NCBI GenBank assembly: GCA_027493955.1
Contig: JAOSJT010000001.1
Span: 261,131-325,130 of the forward strand
Direction: 5' to 3'
DNA from: Bacteroidia bacterium
Lineage (GTDB): Bacteria > Bacteroidota > Ignavibacteria > SZUA-365
DNA: 64,000 bases
Position numbers and translations under genes: made by a program. Below, piece by piece: positions 60,607 to 64,000 of the stretch (positions are counted from its first letter, which is position 1; each line of letters begins with the position of its first letter). The notes below the pieces were generated by a model that did not search any database, was not told where the DNA came from, and was given only the letters and a program-made list of their open reading frames with translations.

Positions 60607-62490
60607 ATGATCTCCCTACCACGCGCAGCGGTCCTGTTTTTTTTCCTCGCATTGCCGGTCCTTTCTCACAAGGCAGATGCACAGCGCTATGTTCTGTACG
60701 CTGACGACAGACCGTGCGGGACTATGGAAATCAAGATAGAAAAGCTCAAAAGCGGTTACACGGAATATACTCTCCGAGAATCGCGCACCATCCTGACCTC
60801 CGAGGGAAAGCGACAGGAGTACCTCCGGTCCGGGAACTGTCTCGTGGATGCGGCATTGCGACCGATCAGCGTCGAGACCACAGTGCGTCAAGGCGGCGTT
60901 GCTGTGACGACGAAAGGCAGCGTGGTTGACGGTACGATGTACCTGACAACGGACTTCGGAAAGGGAAGAGTGGAGCGCTGGCGTGAGGACGTCAGAGATG
61001 CGGTGGTGGACATTTCTCTCCCCGACGTTGCGGTGCGTTCCTTACCCGAGGCTCCGAAACGCCTGTATCGCCTGTCGGACCATCGAAGTGTTCAGGCGGA
61101 TTTGCGTATCGAAGCCGATTCGGCGAAGAACGCGATCATCGTGGCGCACGCTGGTGCCGAGTTCTGGCACATCTCGCCGACGGGCAGATTGTCGCGGTAC
61201 GACGTCCCTGGTCTGGGCATATCCTGGATACCGGCGCACGAGACCTCGAAACGGCCGGAAACCTGCGTCATGAACGCCGGATTGGAGTGGGACGCAGGCG
61301 CTGCCGTGCTGCCGACGGCGGCGGACAACATCAAGAGTTTGCGTGCGCGCATTCTCCTCAAGGCGCAGGTTGGAGCAACACTTTCTCCTGAAGATGCGCG
61401 ACAGCGATTGGACGCCGGCATCGATGCGGAAGGCCGAAGCATCGGCATATCGCTCAGCCATGGCGGCAAGCCACTCGAATCCTTGCCGCTGCCGGTGTTG
61501 CACAAAGATTTTTTTCCCTTCGTTCGTGGGGACAGTGCTCTCACGCTCGACGGTGACGCTGTGCGTCGCCGCGCCAACGCATTGAAAGCGTGGGAGCGGA
61601 ATTCCGATGTTGTTCTCCGGGCGCTCGCCGGAACAATTCGCCGCGAATTTACCCGTGATCCGTTTATACCCGCGACTACCGCGAATGGGGTTGCGCAGGT
61701 CCCGCGTGGATCGTCGTTTCATGCTTCGCTCCTCTTCGTCGCTGTTGCACGCGCGGTGGGATTACCTGCGCGTTTCGCTTTTGGAGTCGCCCCATCGCAC
61801 GGACGATGGACGACCAAGGTGTGGGTTGAGGTCTGGAGCGGTGATTGGGTCCCCATGGACGCGGAAAGCGGCGAGGCCATTACCGACGCCGTACACATCA
61901 AACTGTTGGACGCGGTATCGATGGCCGATGTACTCGATCAGTCCGGAAGATTGCGCGGGAATCTTGGTATTCGGGTTGACAGCGTACAGCTCGTGGATAC
62001 GAGTGCCAACGCGACACTGCAGACCGCGATCATCGGATCGGTGTACACCAACAAGAAATTCCGATGCAGCATTACTGCGCCGTCTCCGGAGTGGTTGATG
62101 GAGGAGCGTTCGGCGGGGGACGAGACGATGTTGGTACTGTCCCCCACTATGGGGAGTCCTGTGGAATTCACTGTTCTTCTCTTCCGCAGCACGTGGCAGC
62201 AGTCGGCAGATGAATTGCTCGGAGCACGTATCAAGGCTCTCCAGGTGTTACTGGATGGCTTGACGATGCAGCAGCGCGGAGAGGTACGTGTCGCGGGACG
62301 CCGTGCTCCGACCATCATGTACACCTTCGTCAAACGGAACGGAGGCTCGAATGTCCGAACGGCGTCGGCACATTGCCTTCTGGTGGACGAAGGACGCAGC
62401 TACATGTTCTCTTTCAGTGCGCCGGAGGAAACGTTTGAATCCATACGGCCCGAAATGGAACGTGTGTTGCGTGAATTCAGGTTGCATTGA
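60607..62490 (+). CDS. Secreted transglutaminase-like-fold protein, apparently lacking the catalytic Cys/His (pseudo-enzyme candidate)
   Basis: Signal 'MISLPRAAVLFFFLALPVLSHKADAQ'. 'GSSFHASLLFVAVARAVGLPARFAFG...KVWVEVWSGDWVPMDAE' aligns to the transglutaminase-like core 'GvCrdfAhlfvalaRalGIPARyv...HaWvEVy..gWvplDpt', with Ser in place of the Cys and Lys in place of the His. Confidence 0.55.
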   Translation: MISLPRAAVLFFFLALPVLSHKADAQRYVLYADDRPCGTMEIKIEKLKSGYTEYTLRESRTILTSEGKRQEYLRSGNCLVDAALRPISVETTVRQGGVAVTTKGSVVDGTMYLTTDFGKGRVERWREDVRDAVVDISLPDVAVRSLPEAPKRLYRLSDHRSVQADLRIEADSAKNAIIVAHAGAEFWHISPTGRLSRYDVPGLGISWIPAHETSKRPETCVMNAGLEWDAGAAVLPTAADNIKSLRARILLKAQVGATLSPEDARQRLDAGIDAEGRSIGISLSHGGKPLESLPLPVLHKDFFPFVRGDSALTLDGDAVRRRANALKAWERNSDVVLRALAGTIRREFTRDPFIPATTANGVAQVPRGSSFHASLLFVAVARAVGLPARFAFGVAPSHGRWTTKVWVEVWSGDWVPMDAESGEAITDAVHIKLLDAVSMADVLDQSGRLRGNLGIRVDSVQLVDTSANATLQTAIIGSVYTNKKFRCSITAPSPEWLMEERSAGDETMLVLSPTMGSPVEFTVLLFRSTWQQSADELLGARIKALQVLLDGLTMQQRGEVRVAGRRAPTIMYTFVKRNGGSNVRTASAHCLLVDEGRSYMFSFSAPEETFESIRPEMERVLREFRLH

Positions 62491-62831
62491 AGCTGCGTTT
62501 CCAAAGTGTTGCTCGCCGTGTCTGGAGCGGAGCGCGGAGCGAGGAGCGCATGCATCTCGCTCGACAACTCTCCGGCTCATCGTAAGATCCCTTTACACGC
62601 TGCGCTTACCCAGACAGCGGATATCGGGCTCAAATCGTCGTTCAACTTTTTACGTGTAACGTATTACTCCTTCCTTCACTTTTCACCAAAGTGTCACCTT
62701 TCACCCCGCACTGTCGCCCATCGGGGAACGGTACTGTGTGTTTCGAAAATGCTCCGTCGGACTCCCGCTTCGTTGCTATTCACCCGCATTCTCTCTAGCT
62801 TTCAGTTTTGTCTTTATGGAGATCCATTCCC

Positions 62832-63758
62832 ATGTCTGACAGGACAACCGAAACCGAATCACCCTCATTTCGTTGCGGCTACGTGGCCTTGATCGGCGCG
62901 CCCAATGCAGGGAAATCTACATTTCTGAACGCGGTTCTCGGCACCAAGCTCTCCATCGTAACGGCGAAACCGCAAACAACCCGCCGTCGGCTGCTGGGAT
63001 TCTACACGACGGAGTCGTCCCAGATACTTTTTATCGACACGCCGGGGCTGATCAAACCCCGTTACGTCCTGCAGGAAGCGATGGTCAACAGCGCATTGAC
63101 CGCTCTCAAGGAGGCCGATGCCGTGCTGCTCATTATTGACGCCGCGCGGGCGCTCGAGCGCAGGCAGGTGTTTCCCGAAGGGCTCATCCCTCTACTTGAA
63201 GCTGCGCCGGGCAGTGTGTTCGCTCTGTTGAATAAAGTGGATCTCGTGCGCGATAAGAAGCAATTGCTTCCCTTGATGCAAGCCGTCCACGAGGCATTCC
63301 GCTTCAAGGCGATCATCCCCGCTTCGGCCCTCGAAGCGGATGGCCTCGACGCCGTGCTTCGTGAATTGGAATCCGCTCTGCCGAAAGGGCCGCCCATGTA
63401 TCCGGACGATCAACTCAGTGATCAGCCGGAGCGCTTTTTCGTGAGCGAGATTATTCGGGAAAAGATCTTTGAACAATTTCGTGAAGAAGTGCCTTACGCC
63501 ACGGAGGTGTATATCACCGAGTTCAAAGAAGGAGACGACAAAGATTTTATCTCGGCGGAAATTGTTGTCGAACGTGAAAGCCAGCGCCGCATCATCATCG
63601 GAACGAAAGGGCAGGCCATCAAAGCAATCGGTTCTGAAGCCCGCAGGGATATCGAGGAGTTCATCGGCCGGCAGGTGTTTCTCGATCTTCACGTTCGCAT
63701 TCGCGAAGGGTGGCGCGACGATAAAAACTGGGTCCGCCGCATGGGGTACACGGACTGA
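62832..63758 (+). CDS. era: GTPase Era
   Basis: 'GYVALIGAPNAGKSTFLNAVLGTKLSIVTAKPQTTR' gives G1, followed by G3 'DTPG' and G4 'NKVD'. The C-terminal KH domain is 'EIVVERESQRRIIIGTKGQAIKAIG'. Confidence 0.9.
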   Translation: MSDRTTETESPSFRCGYVALIGAPNAGKSTFLNAVLGTKLSIVTAKPQTTRRRLLGFYTTESSQILFIDTPGLIKPRYVLQEAMVNSALTALKEADAVLLIIDAARALERRQVFPEGLIPLLEAAPGSVFALLNKVDLVRDKKQLLPLMQAVHEAFRFKAIIPASALEADGLDAVLRELESALPKGPPMYPDDQLSDQPERFFVSEIIREKIFEQFREEVPYATEVYITEFKEGDDKDFISAEIVVERESQRRIIIGTKGQAIKAIGSEARRDIEEFIGRQVFLDLHVRIREGWRDDKNWVRRMGYTD

Positions 63759-63796
63759 GGTCTATCAACTACGCAGAGAGTTCAGGAGTCCCGGTA

Positions 63797-64000
63797 TATG
63801 CAAAAGAGAACCCACACCCGACGCGTGTTCATGAAATCCGCCGCGCTGCTCGGTTTGAGCGCTGCGGTCCATTCTCCCTCTTACGCAGCTTTTCGGCAAT
63901 CGCGGGAGAGCGGATCATTGCCGCTCAGCATAGCAAGTGCGAACGGTCTTGGCGCAACTGCGAAAGCGATGGAATTGCTGCGGCAACAGAAGGACACGCT
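63797..64000 (+). CDS. Partial N-terminus (runs off the window) of a Tat-exported N-terminal-nucleophile asparaginase/glycosylasparaginase-family protein
   Basis: A twin-arginine-like leader 'RRVFMKSAALLGLSAA'. 'LPLSIASANGLGATAKAMELL' resembles the start of the isoaspartyl-peptidase/glycosylasparaginase family. Only 68 codons are visible. Confidence 0.4.

Overview
This is a high-GC (~60%) bacterial chromosomal segment, read from the sequence and the ORF track only. It carries hallmarks of an FCB-group (Bacteroidota-like) organism with a type IX secretion system (T9SS): at least five secreted proteins end in Por/T9SS-type C-terminal sorting domains, one carries a choice-of-anchor L domain, one a GWxTD domain, and one the CBM9-like/DUF5916 architecture. 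The window falls into three parts.

(a) 1-23 kb is an accessory, cell-surface region. It holds an EamA transporter, an M28 peptidase, an MFS transporter, a DUF5916 protein and an FAD oxidoreductase. These are followed by an island of four very large T9SS cargo proteins: a beta-helix protein, two tandem vWA-domain paralogs of 999 and 1000 aa, and a 1445-aa choice-of-anchor-L repeat adhesin.

(b) 25-40 kb is a conserved housekeeping block: TlpA-like redoxin, an outer-membrane beta-barrel, RNase G, dnaN, recF, a DUF721/DciA-like gene, mnmE, gyrB, a GWxTD protein, pdxA, ftsE and a DnaQ-GIY-YIG fusion.

(c) 40-64 kb is a mixed region. It contains a VKOR-like protein, two paralogous thioredoxin-fold+TPR lipoproteins bracketing a 2TM protein, a SAM methyltransferase and a CNNM protein, then a di-heme cytochrome c and a T9SS-tagged esterase. 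A RES-Xre toxin-antitoxin pair with a nested palindromic operator follows, then a run of small stress-type genes (NTF2-like, SRPBCC, VOC, Crp/Fnr, YceI, DODA dioxygenase). The region ends with a large BNR/Sortilin-type protein, a secreted transglutaminase-like protein whose catalytic Cys/His appear substituted, era, and a partial asparaginase-like gene.

I could not support any rRNA, tRNA, CRISPR array or transposase/integrase. Non-coding signals seen directly are simple heptamer repeats between convergent genes (1196-1336), a near-perfect 40-bp palindrome-containing repeat pair upstream of the giant adhesin, a bidirectional terminator at 17630-17667, and a bcp-like gene remnant in a 670-bp gap. 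All functional calls rest on motif recognition by eye. No database search was run.
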